The position numbers and the translations under genes were made by a program. Positions 19,001 through 29,050 of a stretch of DNA of 64,000 nucleotides are shown piece by piece. Source of the stretch: a virus. The first letter of the stretch is position 1. Each line of letters opens with the position of its first letter. The stretch is taken from the IMG/VR virus record IMGVR_UViG_3300034101_003081, positions 33,386-97,385 of that record. The stretch is one strand, 5' to 3'. The notes beneath the pieces are model-generated. The model was not told the DNA's origin, did no database searches, and was given only the letters and a program-made list of their open reading frames with translations.

Positions 19001-19978
19001 TCACGTCGCAGGGATAGGCGGCTCGCTGTACGGATAGCCAGAGAACACGTCATTCGGAATCTGGTGGAACGTCCCAACAAACGGAAGCGTCCTGTAGATT
19101 CGAAACGTCAGCATGTCAGGGGGGAGGCCTGGGGCTTTCTGTGACCCGTTTGGGTTGAGAGCCATCGGCTCACTTGCAGGCTCGCTGCCGACAAGAATCT
19201 TTTCCTTTCTGCCTGCCTTGAGTTCATTAAAGCCGACATTCCAAGTCTGCAAGTCCCAGCCTGTGTTCCTGTACGCGCACGTGATCGACGTCTCGTAGTA
19301 GATAACTTTTACCGGCGGCAGGTCGGGCGTCGTATTAGGGAGCGTCTCGATTTTGCGGTTCGCCGTGATGCTCTGGCACTTCCACGTCTTCGGCTGGCCG
19401 CCGCTCCAGACGTCAGAATTGATCGCGCCTACGTAAGCCTGGGCTTTTGCGTAGTCGAACGGTGGCTTCTGGTTGTAGGAGATAGTGACGTTGAACTCGC
19501 CTTCATCGCGGTCCAGGCCAGAGAGCGGGTCTTTCGCCGTGTTGACAATAATCTCCTTGGTGTTGTTGTCTCCGGCGTTTTTGTAATACCAGAAACAAGG
19601 AGCAGAGGCGAGCGACCCAGAAAACGAGAAAACTGGCGGCCTCTGCCACGGAATCTTTTCAGACTCGTCGAGATACCTGTACTGGTATGTGACCTTGTAG
19701 TGAAACGCCGATTCGCCGTCTTGCTGCGTGCTGGACTCAACGAGAAACGCATTGGCGTCGGTCGGAAACGCATCTCTCCATGCAATCCCAGGTGCGGCTG
19801 CAACCTGCGACAGGCTTGGGTTTATTGTGTTGACGCGAACAAGAAAGATGCGAGTGTAGGTCGGATTTCCGTCAACGCTCGCCTGGCGAGACTTGCCGCG
19901 GTACAGTTCCCGGCAGTCTGTGACGTGCGGGAGCAGCGGGTTCGACCACGGCGCTCCTGTAGAGTTCGGTTCGGGCAT
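19001..19978 (-). CDS. Putative distal tail/hub protein
   Basis: 325 aa beta-rich ORF directly after the tape measure gene. Confidence 0.5.
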   Translation of the reverse strand: MPEPNSTGAPWSNPLLPHVTDCRELYRGKSRQASVDGNPTYTRIFLVRVNTINPSLSQVAAAPGIAWRDAFPTDANAFLVESSTQQDGESAFHYKVTYQYRYLDESEKIPWQRPPVFSFSGSLASAPCFWYYKNAGDNNTKEIIVNTAKDPLSGLDRDEGEFNVTISYNQKPPFDYAKAQAYVGAINSDVWSGGQPKTWKCQSITANRKIETLPNTTPDLPPVKVIYYETSITCAYRNTGWDLQTWNVGFNELKAGRKEKILVGSEPASEPMALNPNGSQKAPGLPPDMLTFRIYRTLPFVGTFHQIPNDVFSGYPYSEPPIPAT

Positions 19979-19993
19979 GTGTGCGTGTCCGTA

Positions 19994-22900
19994 CTATCGG
20001 GCTGAGAGTTGGGCGATGACTTCGGCAGCCTCCGGCTGGGCTGCTGCTTCGGCGAGGATGCGGGTGTTTCTCGCGACCTCCAACTGAGCCTTGAGGCCTG
20101 GATTGTCGTTGCCACGAAGAATCCGGAAGAACGTGTCCACGCCCGCCTTGCTGCGGACGTCCGATGACTCGATGGCTCGGCGATCGGGAGCGACCTTGTC
20201 GAGGGCGGGCTTGAGGTCTTCTTGGAGTTGGGCTTGGAGGACTTTTTTCCGCTGGGTGCCGTCTTCGTCGGTAATCAGCCCCTCCTCGACCGCCCTGTTG
20301 ACGGCGTCGAGGTCTCGCTCGAACTTCTTCACGGGGCTCTCCGCTTCGCCGCCTGGGAGCATCGCCCGGCGGGCCTCGTCTTGGCCGCGAGTGAACTCCT
20401 CTTGCGAAATGAGGCCCTTGTCGAACGCTTCGCGAAGGTCGCCAAGCCGCTCGCCGAGTTGTGTCACTGGGTCAAGAGGAATGCCGAGCGACTGGAGCAG
20501 CGAATCCTTCGCCTTTTGCGACCCCTTGGCGAACTCCTCGGCGCTGATCTGTCCCTTGTTGAACGCCTCGTCGAGTTTCTTCAGCGACTCCTCGGCGGCC
20601 TGGGCCGGGCTCTTGTCGATTCCAAGCGACTGAAGCAGTTTGTCCTTGGCTTCCTTGAGCCCCTTCTGCAACTCCTCTGGCGTCAGTTCGGCGGCATTCT
20701 CTTTGATCTTCGCGATTGCATCCTCGAAGTCCTGTGCGGGCGTTTTTGAGATTCCAAGCGAAGACAGCAAGGCGTCCTTCTGTTCTTTGACGGCCTTGTT
20801 CATCTCCTGCTCGGAGATGACTTTGTCGTTGAACGCCTTCTCAAGTTTTGCCCGAGACTCTGCGAGTTTCTGGGCGCCGCTTTTTTCGACGCCCAGATTT
20901 GCCTTCACGGCCTCAGAGTTCTTCTTGATCGCCTCTTGGTACTCCGCGAACTTTTCGGGGCCGAGTTCCTTCTGAATCTCCGTGAGAGACTTGCCAGCAA
21001 CGCCGAACACGTCATTGATGTTGTCAACGCCTGCTTTGAGTTGCTGAGCAGGGCTAGCGTCGAGGCCAGCAGCCTTGCGTCGCTCGATGTCCAGTTTTGT
21101 CCTCTCGGTCGACGCCCTGACTTCGCCGGCCGCGCGAGAGCCTTCCGAAGACATGAACGCCGTTCTGCCGTACTGGTCGACGGCGGTCGCATTTGCGAAC
21201 ATACCTTCCTTGTCTCTCAGCGAATCTCCGGCAGACTTGCCGAACGTCGACTCCACCATCTGCTTCTGCTCCGCGATGGTGGCAAGAGACTTCTCTTGGG
21301 GAGTGAGAGACTTGTTGTTGGCAATCTCCTTGAGTTTCTTCTCGTACTTTTGGACTGGGGACAAAAATGCGTCTTCGAGAGCCTTGCGAATATCGTTCGC
21401 AAAAGACACGTCGGCTTCGATCTTCTTGTTGTTGCGGTCGAGATTCGCCTTTGCCTGCTCTCTCGCCTGTGCTGCCGCACGAAGGGCCTTCTGTCCCTGG
21501 CCGAAGTCTCCTCTCTGGAGAGCCTCTTCGATGCGAATCAGTTCGTCTTGGTATGCCATCGCGAACTTCTCTGCCGACTGCTTGACTTCGTCAGACGTCG
21601 GAAAGAAGCGGTCTGTATTCAGGTCGCTGCCGATGTCGCTGCCCCGCATCAGGGATCGCGTTTGGGCAAATGCTTCTTCGACAGACTTCCGCATCTCTTC
21701 TGCCGATTGCTGGAACTGCTCCGGCGAGATCACGTCCGCAAGATTCAAGTTTTCTTGCAGGCGGCCTCGTATTTCCCGCGTGCGGCGCTCAAAAGCCTCG
21801 ACTGCCGTCTCAGTCCGCTTCGTGCCGTCCTCGTTGACAATGACCTTGAGTTCAAGGGTTCCGTCGGCGAGTTGCTGCTGGAGTTTGTCGAAGTCAGCCT
21901 TGGCGGCCAAGAACGACTTGCGGCCAGCCTCGCCGAACCGCGAAGCGTTCAGCGAAAGCCCGATCATGTTTTCCCTGGCGACGCCGACTGACCTCGCAAG
22001 CGCGTCGTAGTCTTCAGTCGGCATCTCTGGCGTCTTGCCAGTGAATCCAGCCACTGCGGCCTCGGCCTGAAACTTCGCCGTTTCTTGCCCGCGACGCGAC
22101 TGAACGACGTCGCCGACAGATGCAGTCGCCGCGTTGATTTTCTCTGGTGTTTTAATTCCGCTAATGGACTTAATGATGCCGCCGATGATGCCACCGAAGA
22201 AACCCGTTACGGTTTCGGCCACCGTCTTGAACGCGCCGAAGATGGCGTCTGCAATCGCGGTGCCTACCTCGGCGAGCCCATCGAGCGTGAACAACTTTCC
22301 AATATTGTCGCCAAAATTGGAAAAGTAGGCGTAGAGTTTGTCAAAGTTCTGAATGAGGGCGATGATCGCCACTGCGACCGCCGCGAGGCCCAGCGTGCCA
22401 ATAATCCAGGCAGCAGCCATGGCGTATCCGGTAGCCGTTGCGGACACCGCGATCGCCGAGTTTCCAGTAATAACCATCGCCACTGACGTCATAAACGGCG
22501 TGAGCAGTTGGGCGAGCGTAGACGTTCCGGCGACAATCATGCTCGCCACCCACTTCGACGACATCGCGACGACGTCGATGGTGAGCATGCGGACCAACTT
22601 GATGATTCCGCCGAAGATGGTCGCGAAATTGAGGCCCGACAGGCCTGCGGCAAACTTCGCAAGTGCTGCGCCTGCTTGGATTCCAAACGACTGCATGACA
22701 GCAGACGCCACGCCGGCCGACACGACCACAGTGGCGAACGTCTTGACGATGAAAACCAGTCTGTCAAAAAGGCTTGCAGACTCTTCGATTACTGGATTGA
22801 GTTCAGAAGAGAACGCAGATGCGATTTGCTGCACATAGTCAACGCTCTTTTCGATCTCTGCGAGCGCGTCCTTGATGATTGTCCCGAGCGCCGTCCACGC

Positions 22901-24757
22901 GGGGGCGATTGCGGTCGCGTTCGCAAGCGCAGCCGCGAACGTGCCGATGACGCCGATGACTCGCAGGAGAATGTTCAAAACCCTCCCCGTGACTTCCAAG
23001 AACACCTGAATCGGCACCGTGGCTTGTGCCATCAGCGTGCGGACAGGCCCCAAGGCGGCAACGAGACCGCCCTTGAAGTCGGCAAGAAAATTGTTGATGC
23101 CAGTCTGGAGCGGAGCAAAAGCAACCAGCATCGTCGCCGCCAGGTTGCCGCTCGCTTGCTTGAGCCTGTCAAACGAGGCATCGACTCCCTCAAACATCTT
23201 GAAGTCGATGTCCTTCGTGACAGTACCCAGTCGCCCTGCGTCTGCCGCAGCCTCCTTGAGGCCCTTCAGAGCCGGGAGGATGTTGACCGCCTGCTTGCCA
23301 AACAAGTCAAAGGCGATCGCGGCCCGGTCGGCTGGGTCTTTAACGGCAAGCAGTTTGTCGGAGACAAGCCCAAAGACTTCCTGCGGGTTCTTGTTCCTGA
23401 GTTCGTCGATCGAGACGCCAAGCCTGTCGAATGCAAACTTGGCCTCTTGGACAGAATCGACGTTGAGTTGTCCGATCTTGACCTTGCTGATGTTCGTAAA
23501 GAAAGTCTGCGTCGCCTTTGCGAGTTGCGACATGCTGACGCTGGCTGCGTCGGCTGCGAACGTGAGAATCTCCATCTCGCCGGTGGTTGCCCCGAAGCGA
23601 TCGGCCATATTGCGGATGGACTCAGCCTTGGCGCCAATGCCTTCGAGGGCCTTCGAGAACTCCCCCGACGCGACTCTCGCGAGATTGAATACAGCCAGCA
23701 CGCGAGTGAGGTTTATCAACATCGACGCAGATGCGTCGGCAACGCCCTTGCCTGCGGCGGAAAAAATCTTTGTCAGCACTTCTCCCGCTGACGACGAACT
23801 CCAGATGGCGTTGGAAATGAGAGAGAAAGACACAGCCCCGGCCTGCGCTGCCGCAGCCGCAGAGATGAGCGACGCTCCCATTGCGACAAACGTCTGGATG
23901 TAGCCGCGAGCCTCCTCGCTCATTCCGGCCGTGAGAGCCCTAGTGGTCGCCATAATTGCGGCGAACACGCCGACGCCAGTCGCAGCAGAGACGAGCGATG
24001 CGCCGAGTGACCCGACGACTTTTGCTGCTGCGGCAGCGCTGCCGCCGAACGCAGCAGTTACTGCCGCCGTTCCGCCGATAGTCTCGATGATTACCCTGCC
24101 GGTTGCGACCGTTGCGGAGAACGCCGCGTACGCTGAATTGGCCCGCCCCGCAGCGACGACAATGCCCTCGATCGAGTCGCCTGCTCCGCTCAGGACGCCT
24201 TCAACTGACTTGATGGCGTTTCCTGTGGCCGTGAACGCGCCGGCGGTTCCGCTCAGGACGCCTTTTGTGTTCGACAGCAGACTTGCGGTTGCCGAGCCAC
24301 GAGCGAGGAAAATCTCGTTCTTCTTGACGGCAGAGTCCAGAGACTTGCCCCACTCGCCAAGACCGCCGGCGGCTTTCGCGGATGCGTTTCTGAGAGACTC
24401 ACCCCAGTCGCTCAGCGACCCGGCAGCATCTTTTGCCGACTCTCCAAACGTCTTTAGGACGTCCTTGATGCCGGACAGTTTTTTTTCAGTGTCCTCGCTG
24501 TCGGCTTCTATCTTGACTTTATTCTTCTTGGCCGTTTCCGAGAGGGTCTCGACGTCCTTCGCAGCCTTTGCGACTTCGCTGGTGTCCGCCGTGGCGGTCA
24601 CCTTAATCTTCCTGTCAGCGACGCCTTCAAGTTTCTCTGCGAGTTCACTGGCAGACTCCGAGAGATCGTCGAAAAGATCAACGACTTCCTCGATGCCGCT
24701 TTCGAGGCCCTTCAGGTCTGCCGTAAACGCAACAGACAAACTCCCAATCGTTGCCAT
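19994..24757 (-). CDS. Tail tape measure protein
   Basis: 1587 aa, Ala-rich and helical. MATIGSLSVAFTAD start, AAIAFDLFGK motif, C-terminal KDxLLxSLGI repeats. Follows the chaperone genes. Confidence 0.9.
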   Translation of the reverse strand: MATIGSLSVAFTADLKGLESGIEEVVDLFDDLSESASELAEKLEGVADRKIKVTATADTSEVAKAAKDVETLSETAKKNKVKIEADSEDTEKKLSGIKDVLKTFGESAKDAAGSLSDWGESLRNASAKAAGGLGEWGKSLDSAVKKNEIFLARGSATASLLSNTKGVLSGTAGAFTATGNAIKSVEGVLSGAGDSIEGIVVAAGRANSAYAAFSATVATGRVIIETIGGTAAVTAAFGGSAAAAAKVVGSLGASLVSAATGVGVFAAIMATTRALTAGMSEEARGYIQTFVAMGASLISAAAAAQAGAVSFSLISNAIWSSSSAGEVLTKIFSAAGKGVADASASMLINLTRVLAVFNLARVASGEFSKALEGIGAKAESIRNMADRFGATTGEMEILTFAADAASVSMSQLAKATQTFFTNISKVKIGQLNVDSVQEAKFAFDRLGVSIDELRNKNPQEVFGLVSDKLLAVKDPADRAAIAFDLFGKQAVNILPALKGLKEAAADAGRLGTVTKDIDFKMFEGVDASFDRLKQASGNLAATMLVAFAPLQTGINNFLADFKGGLVAALGPVRTLMAQATVPIQVFLEVTGRVLNILLRVIGVIGTFAAALANATAIAPAWTALGTIIKDALAEIEKSVDYVQQIASAFSSELNPVIEESASLFDRLVFIVKTFATVVVSAGVASAVMQSFGIQAGAALAKFAAGLSGLNFATIFGGIIKLVRMLTIDVVAMSSKWVASMIVAGTSTLAQLLTPFMTSVAMVITGNSAIAVSATATGYAMAAAWIIGTLGLAAVAVAIIALIQNFDKLYAYFSNFGDNIGKLFTLDGLAEVGTAIADAIFGAFKTVAETVTGFFGGIIGGIIKSISGIKTPEKINAATASVGDVVQSRRGQETAKFQAEAAVAGFTGKTPEMPTEDYDALARSVGVARENMIGLSLNASRFGEAGRKSFLAAKADFDKLQQQLADGTLELKVIVNEDGTKRTETAVEAFERRTREIRGRLQENLNLADVISPEQFQQSAEEMRKSVEEAFAQTRSLMRGSDIGSDLNTDRFFPTSDEVKQSAEKFAMAYQDELIRIEEALQRGDFGQGQKALRAAAQAREQAKANLDRNNKKIEADVSFANDIRKALEDAFLSPVQKYEKKLKEIANNKSLTPQEKSLATIAEQKQMVESTFGKSAGDSLRDKEGMFANATAVDQYGRTAFMSSEGSRAAGEVRASTERTKLDIERRKAAGLDASPAQQLKAGVDNINDVFGVAGKSLTEIQKELGPEKFAEYQEAIKKNSEAVKANLGVEKSGAQKLAESRAKLEKAFNDKVISEQEMNKAVKEQKDALLSSLGISKTPAQDFEDAIAKIKENAAELTPEELQKGLKEAKDKLLQSLGIDKSPAQAAEESLKKLDEAFNKGQISAEEFAKGSQKAKDSLLQSLGIPLDPVTQLGERLGDLREAFDKGLISQEEFTRGQDEARRAMLPGGEAESPVKKFERDLDAVNRAVEEGLITDEDGTQRKKVLQAQLQEDLKPALDKVAPDRRAIESSDVRSKAGVDTFFRILRGNDNPGLKAQLEVARNTRILAEAAAQPEAAEVIAQLSAR

Positions 24758-24760
24758 GCG

Positions 24761-25081
24761 TCAACCTCCGGGCCTGTTGGAGTTGGCAGCAGCCAACTTC
24801 CACAGTTCGGCGAGCATCTCTTCCTTGGTCTGCTGACGCTTGCGGTGGCTGGGCATGAGCATCTCTTCTTCCAGACGCTTGCAGCCCCACGCCGTGCATA
24901 GAGCCGTGGCGAGACGAGCGGTCTGACGCCACTCGTCTCCCCACGGTTCAATAGACCAGAAGGACTCCCACTCTGCGAGTTCCGCAGCGTCCACCGACGC
25001 GAGAAGTTCGGCGTGAGACCGTCCGAGCGCGAGCGCGAGTCGGAACTCGAAGAGCCGGCGGGGACGGTCTAGGAGTTTTTT
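24761..25081 (-). CDS. Tail assembly chaperone gpT part (-1 frameshift extension)
   Basis: Reached from gpG by a -1 shift at A AAA AAC. Contains FRLALALG...ELAEW...EPWG. Confidence 0.8.
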   Translation of the reverse strand, partial: KKLLDRPRRLFEFRLALALGRSHAELLASVDAAELAEWESFWSIEPWGDEWRQTARLATALCTAWGCKRLEEEMLMPSHRKRQQTKEEMLAELWKLAAANSNRPGG

Positions 25082-25413
25082 GCGAGGTCGTCCACGTCCT
25101 CTTTCGAGAACCTGTTCAACTTCATGCACTCAGCGAAGAGACGGTCAAGAACCGCAGCGGACTTCTCGCCCAACTGGGGAATCTCGGTCTCGGTGAAGAG
25201 CCGCTCCCCCTTCTCGTCGCACAGGCACTTGGCGACCAACTTCGCCCGCACCATATCGACGCTCTTGTTACCGTTGACGAACTCGGACTCGAAGCGATCT
25301 CGCTCAGTGCCCGTCATCACCCGGAGTTTGACCGCGCCGCCCCACTCGGGGACGTCGTGATCGACCATCTTCTTATCGTCCGCAGCGATGATCGCCGCCT
25401 TGCTCAGAGCCAT
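25069..25413 (-). CDS. Tail assembly chaperone gpG
   Basis: VPEWGG.V..R.MTG.ERD.FE and LCDEKGERLF; ends LAKNS at a slippery heptamer. Confidence 0.85.
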   Translation of the reverse strand: MALSKAAIIAADDKKMVDHDVPEWGGAVKLRVMTGTERDRFESEFVNGNKSVDMVRAKLVAKCLCDEKGERLFTETEIPQLGEKSAAVLDRLFAECMKLNRFSKEDVDDLAKNS

Positions 25414-25449
25414 TTACTTACCTCATCTTCCTGTTGAAAACGACGGGCA

Positions 25450-25878
25450 TTATCTGCCCGTGACACGAAACGTAGCCGAACCCTTCACGTACTCCCCGGT
25501 GGTCGCACCTAACTGCATCTGAGTTAGGATTGCCGTTTTCTGAATAGAAAGACCTACTCCTTGCCCAAGTTCATTCGACGGAAACCGAAGCCAAAAAGCC
25601 CGCTTGGACCCCACGACGTCGAAGTAATGCGTCGCCGTGAGGTTCGGTGATGCGTAGAACTCGATCGAAAAGTCGCTTCCATATCTCGCCGACACCGACG
25701 TGTCGTAGTCGGGCACGATCATCTTGCGGTCACTGTTCGACGGATCGCTGACAACCTCGGAAGACATCGACGTGATGTCGATTTCACTTCCGGCGTTGGC
25801 AGAAACTTGCAGCGATGCAATCTGAAAAGTGAACGTGCCCCACGTAAACGTGGCGCCCTGCGGTGATATGTACGGCAT
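25450..25878 (-). CDS. Tail tube-like protein, paralog B
   Basis: MPY.S.QG..F...IDIT...GEYVKGSATFRVT, homologous to the adjacent gene. Confidence 0.6.
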   Translation of the reverse strand: MPYISPQGATFTWGTFTFQIASLQVSANAGSEIDITSMSSEVVSDPSNSDRKMIVPDYDTSVSARYGSDFSIEFYASPNLTATHYFDVVGSKRAFWLRFPSNELGQGVGLSIQKTAILTQMQLGATTGEYVKGSATFRVTGR

Positions 25879-25881
25879 TCA

Positions 25882-26253
25882 TCAAGTCAGCGTGATTCGC
25901 AACGTCGCCGAGCCCTTGATCAGTTCGCCGGCCGCGGCCTGCAACTGAGACGAGGTGCAAAGGGCGATCGTCGGGAGAGACGAGATCAGGGCCGAGTTCG
26001 AGCCAGTGCCGTCCATCGACCACGCCAGGATGCCCGTCGCGGTCATCTGCGGGAAGTCCATGCCGTAGAACTCGATCGACAGTTCATCGCCGTCGCGGAC
26101 GGGCGCGGGGCGATACGAACGGTACGCGCCGTGCGCTGTCTTCAGGTCAGTCACGTCAACTTCGGCGACCTTCTTGCTGAACGAGATGCTGGTGAGCAGG
26201 AACGTCTTGCCGCTGAACGTGAACGACAAGCCCTGAGCGGATTCGTAAGGCAT
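25882..26253 (-). CDS. Tail tube-like protein, paralog A
   Basis: MPYESAQG...VDVT...GELIKGSATLRIT; lies after the tail terminator gene. Confidence 0.65.
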   Translation of the reverse strand: MPYESAQGLSFTFSGKTFLLTSISFSKKVAEVDVTDLKTAHGAYRSYRPAPVRDGDELSIEFYGMDFPQMTATGILAWSMDGTGSNSALISSLPTIALCTSSQLQAAAGELIKGSATLRITLT

Positions 26254-26256
26254 TTT

Positions 26257-26664
26257 TTACGTCCCTCCTTGGACGCTTTCGTAGAACCGAACTTCGTACA
26301 CCTGATCGACACGGTACAGTGGCTTCGCCTGGCCCTCGGCTGGACGTTCCATGTTGTCCGCCTCGGATACGAGCGAGGTAAATACAATTGTCAGGCCAGA
26401 GTAGTTACCCGTAAAGTTGTCAATTTTGAGGCGAACCGACTCTGCGATGTCCTTCGCTTCGCTGTAAGTCTCGGCTACGACGGAGACGGAGAACGTGGCA
26501 ATCGGCCTGCCGACGTTGCCGATCATGTCCCTCTCTCGGCGAGTGCCCGTCCGCCGGTAGACGACGAGCGGAAAGGGGGCATTTTGCGGGGCGAGAATGG
26601 GATGGATTCCGGCCGTCGTCGCCTCGTCCAACTTGGATCGGAGCCACTTTTCAGGATAAGCCAC
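26257..26664 (-). CDS. Tail terminator/completion protein (DUF3168-like)
   Basis: IHP..APQ...FP.VVY and AETYSEAKDIAE.VR motifs; synteny. Confidence 0.75.
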   Translation of the reverse strand: MAYPEKWLRSKLDEATTAGIHPILAPQNAPFPLVVYRRTGTRRERDMIGNVGRPIATFSVSVVAETYSEAKDIAESVRLKIDNFTGNYSGLTIVFTSLVSEADNMERPAEGQAKPLYRVDQVYEVRFYESVQGGT

Positions 26665-27064
26665 GGCTCAACTCCTCGGCGAAACGCGACTCCATGAACA
26701 CCGACCCTTCTGAGGCGTAGGCGTCAAATGTCTCTTGAAGAACAGATTCGAGTTCTGAAGACTTGACCCAGTTTCGTGCCAAGACGGACTTGCCTCGCCG
26801 CTTTGGTTTGGTGACGCTGTCCAGGCTGGAGTTCCCGGCGGTCTCTACTCCAGGCTCGTACCCGACTTCGCCTTGCTCGTTGTCTGCCGAGTAGATCACC
26901 GAGTCTCTCAGGCGCCCGCTGTACCCCTTTGGGGTCGCTGCCCGGAGCCTTGCCGAGAACTGCTGGGCGACGTCATCGAAGACAGACTTGCGGTCTATGG
27001 ACGTCGGGACATTGCGGATGGACTCCAGAAGTTCGTCCAGGCCTTTTAGTTCGACCGTGATCAC
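26651..27064 (-). CDS. HK97 gp10-like tail completion protein
   Basis: KGLDEL...ATP...SGRLRDSV; synteny. Confidence 0.6.
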   Translation of the reverse strand: MITVELKGLDELLESIRNVPTSIDRKSVFDDVAQQFSARLRAATPKGYSGRLRDSVIYSADNEQGEVGYEPGVETAGNSSLDSVTKPKRRGKSVLARNWVKSSELESVLQETFDAYASEGSVFMESRFAEELSRGLS

Positions 27065-27396
27065 GAGACTTGCTCCCTACAGACAAGTCTCTGGCCTTCC
27101 CGGTTGGCGTCCTCGGTAATCTGGGTCACGTCCAGGGTCCTGGCGGGAGCCCGGCTGTTCCAGACAAGCCGCATGCCAGCCTTGAGGCCGGGCACGTACC
27201 GAAACTCGACCTCGTACGTGGCGACGGTATAGGGCTGCTGGGCGCTCATAACTTCGTCGACTCGCAGGCTGCGAATCGCGGCCCTGCGGGTCGCAAAGTC
27301 CGCCCAAGACAGAGTGGCTTCGCCGTAGTCGTTGGTCTGCTCGGTCGAAACCTGAACCGTGACAGACTCGCGAAGATCGCCAGCACGAATAGGCAT
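27061..27396 (-). CDS. Head closure protein (SPP1 gp16-like)
   Basis: AGDLRE.V.VQ....NDYGE...W..FATRRA and RY.PGL..GMR. Confidence 0.8.
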   Translation of the reverse strand: MPIRAGDLRESVTVQVSTEQTNDYGEATLSWADFATRRAAIRSLRVDEVMSAQQPYTVATYEVEFRYVPGLKAGMRLVWNSRAPARTLDVTQITEDANREGQRLVCREQVS

Positions 27397-27397
27397 G

Positions 27398-28024
27398 TCA
27401 GCGGTACTGCCCCCAGTTAATCGCGCCAAGCAGCACCTCGACGGCCATGGGGACTGGGTTCATGCCGCCCTGGACGACGGCCTCCCTGTTTGCGTACCAC
27501 GAGGCCACGAGCATGAGAACGCAGTGGCGAGCAGGCGTGGGCACGTCCGTCGAAGACGGGCCGTAGCCGGCCCAGTACGTGATCGTCACGTCGTTCTCGG
27601 CCCCTCGGGACGAAGGCCAGGAGCCGTTCCACTGGGGCCGAATCACGGCCGGCGTGGCGTCGCCGTCGATGCGAAAGTTGGTGAACGATACTGGCAAATA
27701 GACGGCGTCCGAAGGAACGTACGAGACCGTCACGTCGCCAGGAGCGAACGGCGGCCTGGGGAGTTCAATGTCCCATGACGGGAACACGTCCATCTTCATC
27801 TGCCACTGCGACCGAATGAGAGTCCGGTCGCTCACGGTCTCGACGTGGATGCGGGCTGCCGAGATCAGCGACTGCAAATAGATGTCGTCGTCTGTGAAGC
27901 CAGAGTCGATGCGGAGATGAGCCTTCGCCTCTGCAATAGAGACCGGCTCCACCGTCGGTCCAGTAATTCGCCGAAGAGACCGATACCGGAGATTGCCTCG
28001 CTGGACGACCTCGTAGTACTTCAT
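27398..28024 (-). CDS. Head-tail connector (HK97 gp6-like)
   Basis: EPVS.AEAKAHLRID...DD...LI.AAR and LMLVA.WYANRE. Confidence 0.9.
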   Translation of the reverse strand: MKYYEVVQRGNLRYRSLRRITGPTVEPVSIAEAKAHLRIDSGFTDDDIYLQSLISAARIHVETVSDRTLIRSQWQMKMDVFPSWDIELPRPPFAPGDVTVSYVPSDAVYLPVSFTNFRIDGDATPAVIRPQWNGSWPSSRGAENDVTITYWAGYGPSSTDVPTPARHCVLMLVASWYANREAVVQGGMNPVPMAVEVLLGAINWGQYR

Positions 28025-28230
28025 GGATGCCTTCTAGGCTTGCGGCCGACGACAGCCCGCTCGACAGCCTCGGCCGTCTGGTCGACAGCCTGCTCGACGT
28101 CGATGGACCGAGACTCGGCGAACTCCTCGGCAATCCCGTTAAGAAGCCAATTGCGAGCCGTTGGCTCGAAGACTTCTGCGACTTCGCCCCGCTTGTGGTA
28201 CGACCAATCTCTCAGGAGTCGAACTCTCAT
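28021..28230 (-). CDS. Small head-associated protein
   Basis: MRVRLL....GEV.EV....A..W...GIAE, a type often found after the MCP gene. Confidence 0.6.
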   Translation of the reverse strand: MRVRLLRDWSYHKRGEVAEVFEPTARNWLLNGIAEEFAESRSIDVEQAVDQTAEAVERAVVGRKPRRHP

Positions 28231-28232
28231 CG

Positions 28233-29018
28233 CTATCTAGCCTCACACTTCGCTGCATGTTCAGGAGAACCCCACGCCTCCGGTGGTCGCCGCCCGCCTG
28301 CCTGCCAGTAGTGATTCGGATACTGATGGACTGCCTTGAGTTGCTGGTCAGGCCAGGTAATCACCAGTTCTGCGTGGCCGATCGAGACTTGCGGACAGAT
28401 CGCCAGCGTGTTGCCGCACTCCCGCCACTTGCGCCACATGTAGATGTCTGGATCGACTCTCGCGGTCTTGCCGTCGCCAGGCTCGACGTCCGCCCAGTCT
28501 CCGTCGGAGTTTGGCACGCCCAGGAACCACGGCTTCGGCATGCGGCGAAGGGCAGACGTCCGCAAGACCGTCAGGCCAAAGTGGGCCGAGTCCACAGGCT
28601 GAACTGGCTTCTCCCACCACTCCAGCGGCAGCGTCACGACGCGATCGTGGTCACCCGACAGCCCCTTCGGCGTGAACATCAACTTCTGATCGTCTCGCTT
28701 CGTCTGAAGCGGCGCGACGGCGTCGTAGCCGGAGATAAGACACGCCGACACGAGCCGCGAGATGCACTCGGGCTCGTACACGCTGTCGTAGTCCATCGTG
28801 ATAATGAAGTCGTATCCGGACTCTTCACGGCTCAAGTCCGTGAGAATCCGAGACATGACCTGATCCCAGAAGGCCCCGGTCCCCTTTGTGAGGGGGATGC
28901 CAAACTGAGAGAACGCCTGAATAGAGCAATAGTAGTTGTCCATAAAGCCTAATCGCGGGACCGAGATGGCGCCCGCGATCTTGACTTCATGCTCAACATT
29001 ACCGACGACGATTCGCAT
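28233..29018 (-). CDS. GT-A fold glycosyltransferase-like protein
   Basis: YDFIITMDYD (DxD), HFG.TVL, KPWF, D.D.Y.W......G..L.....VSIGH. Confidence 0.65.
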   Translation of the reverse strand: MRIVVGNVEHEVKIAGAISVPRLGFMDNYYCSIQAFSQFGIPLTKGTGAFWDQVMSRILTDLSREESGYDFIITMDYDSVYEPECISRLVSACLISGYDAVAPLQTKRDDQKLMFTPKGLSGDHDRVVTLPLEWWEKPVQPVDSAHFGLTVLRTSALRRMPKPWFLGVPNSDGDWADVEPGDGKTARVDPDIYMWRKWRECGNTLAICPQVSIGHAELVITWPDQQLKAVHQYPNHYWQAGGRRPPEAWGSPEHAAKCEAR

Positions 29019-29050
29019 TTATCCCAAGCCTCTTGATGGAGTACACGAAG

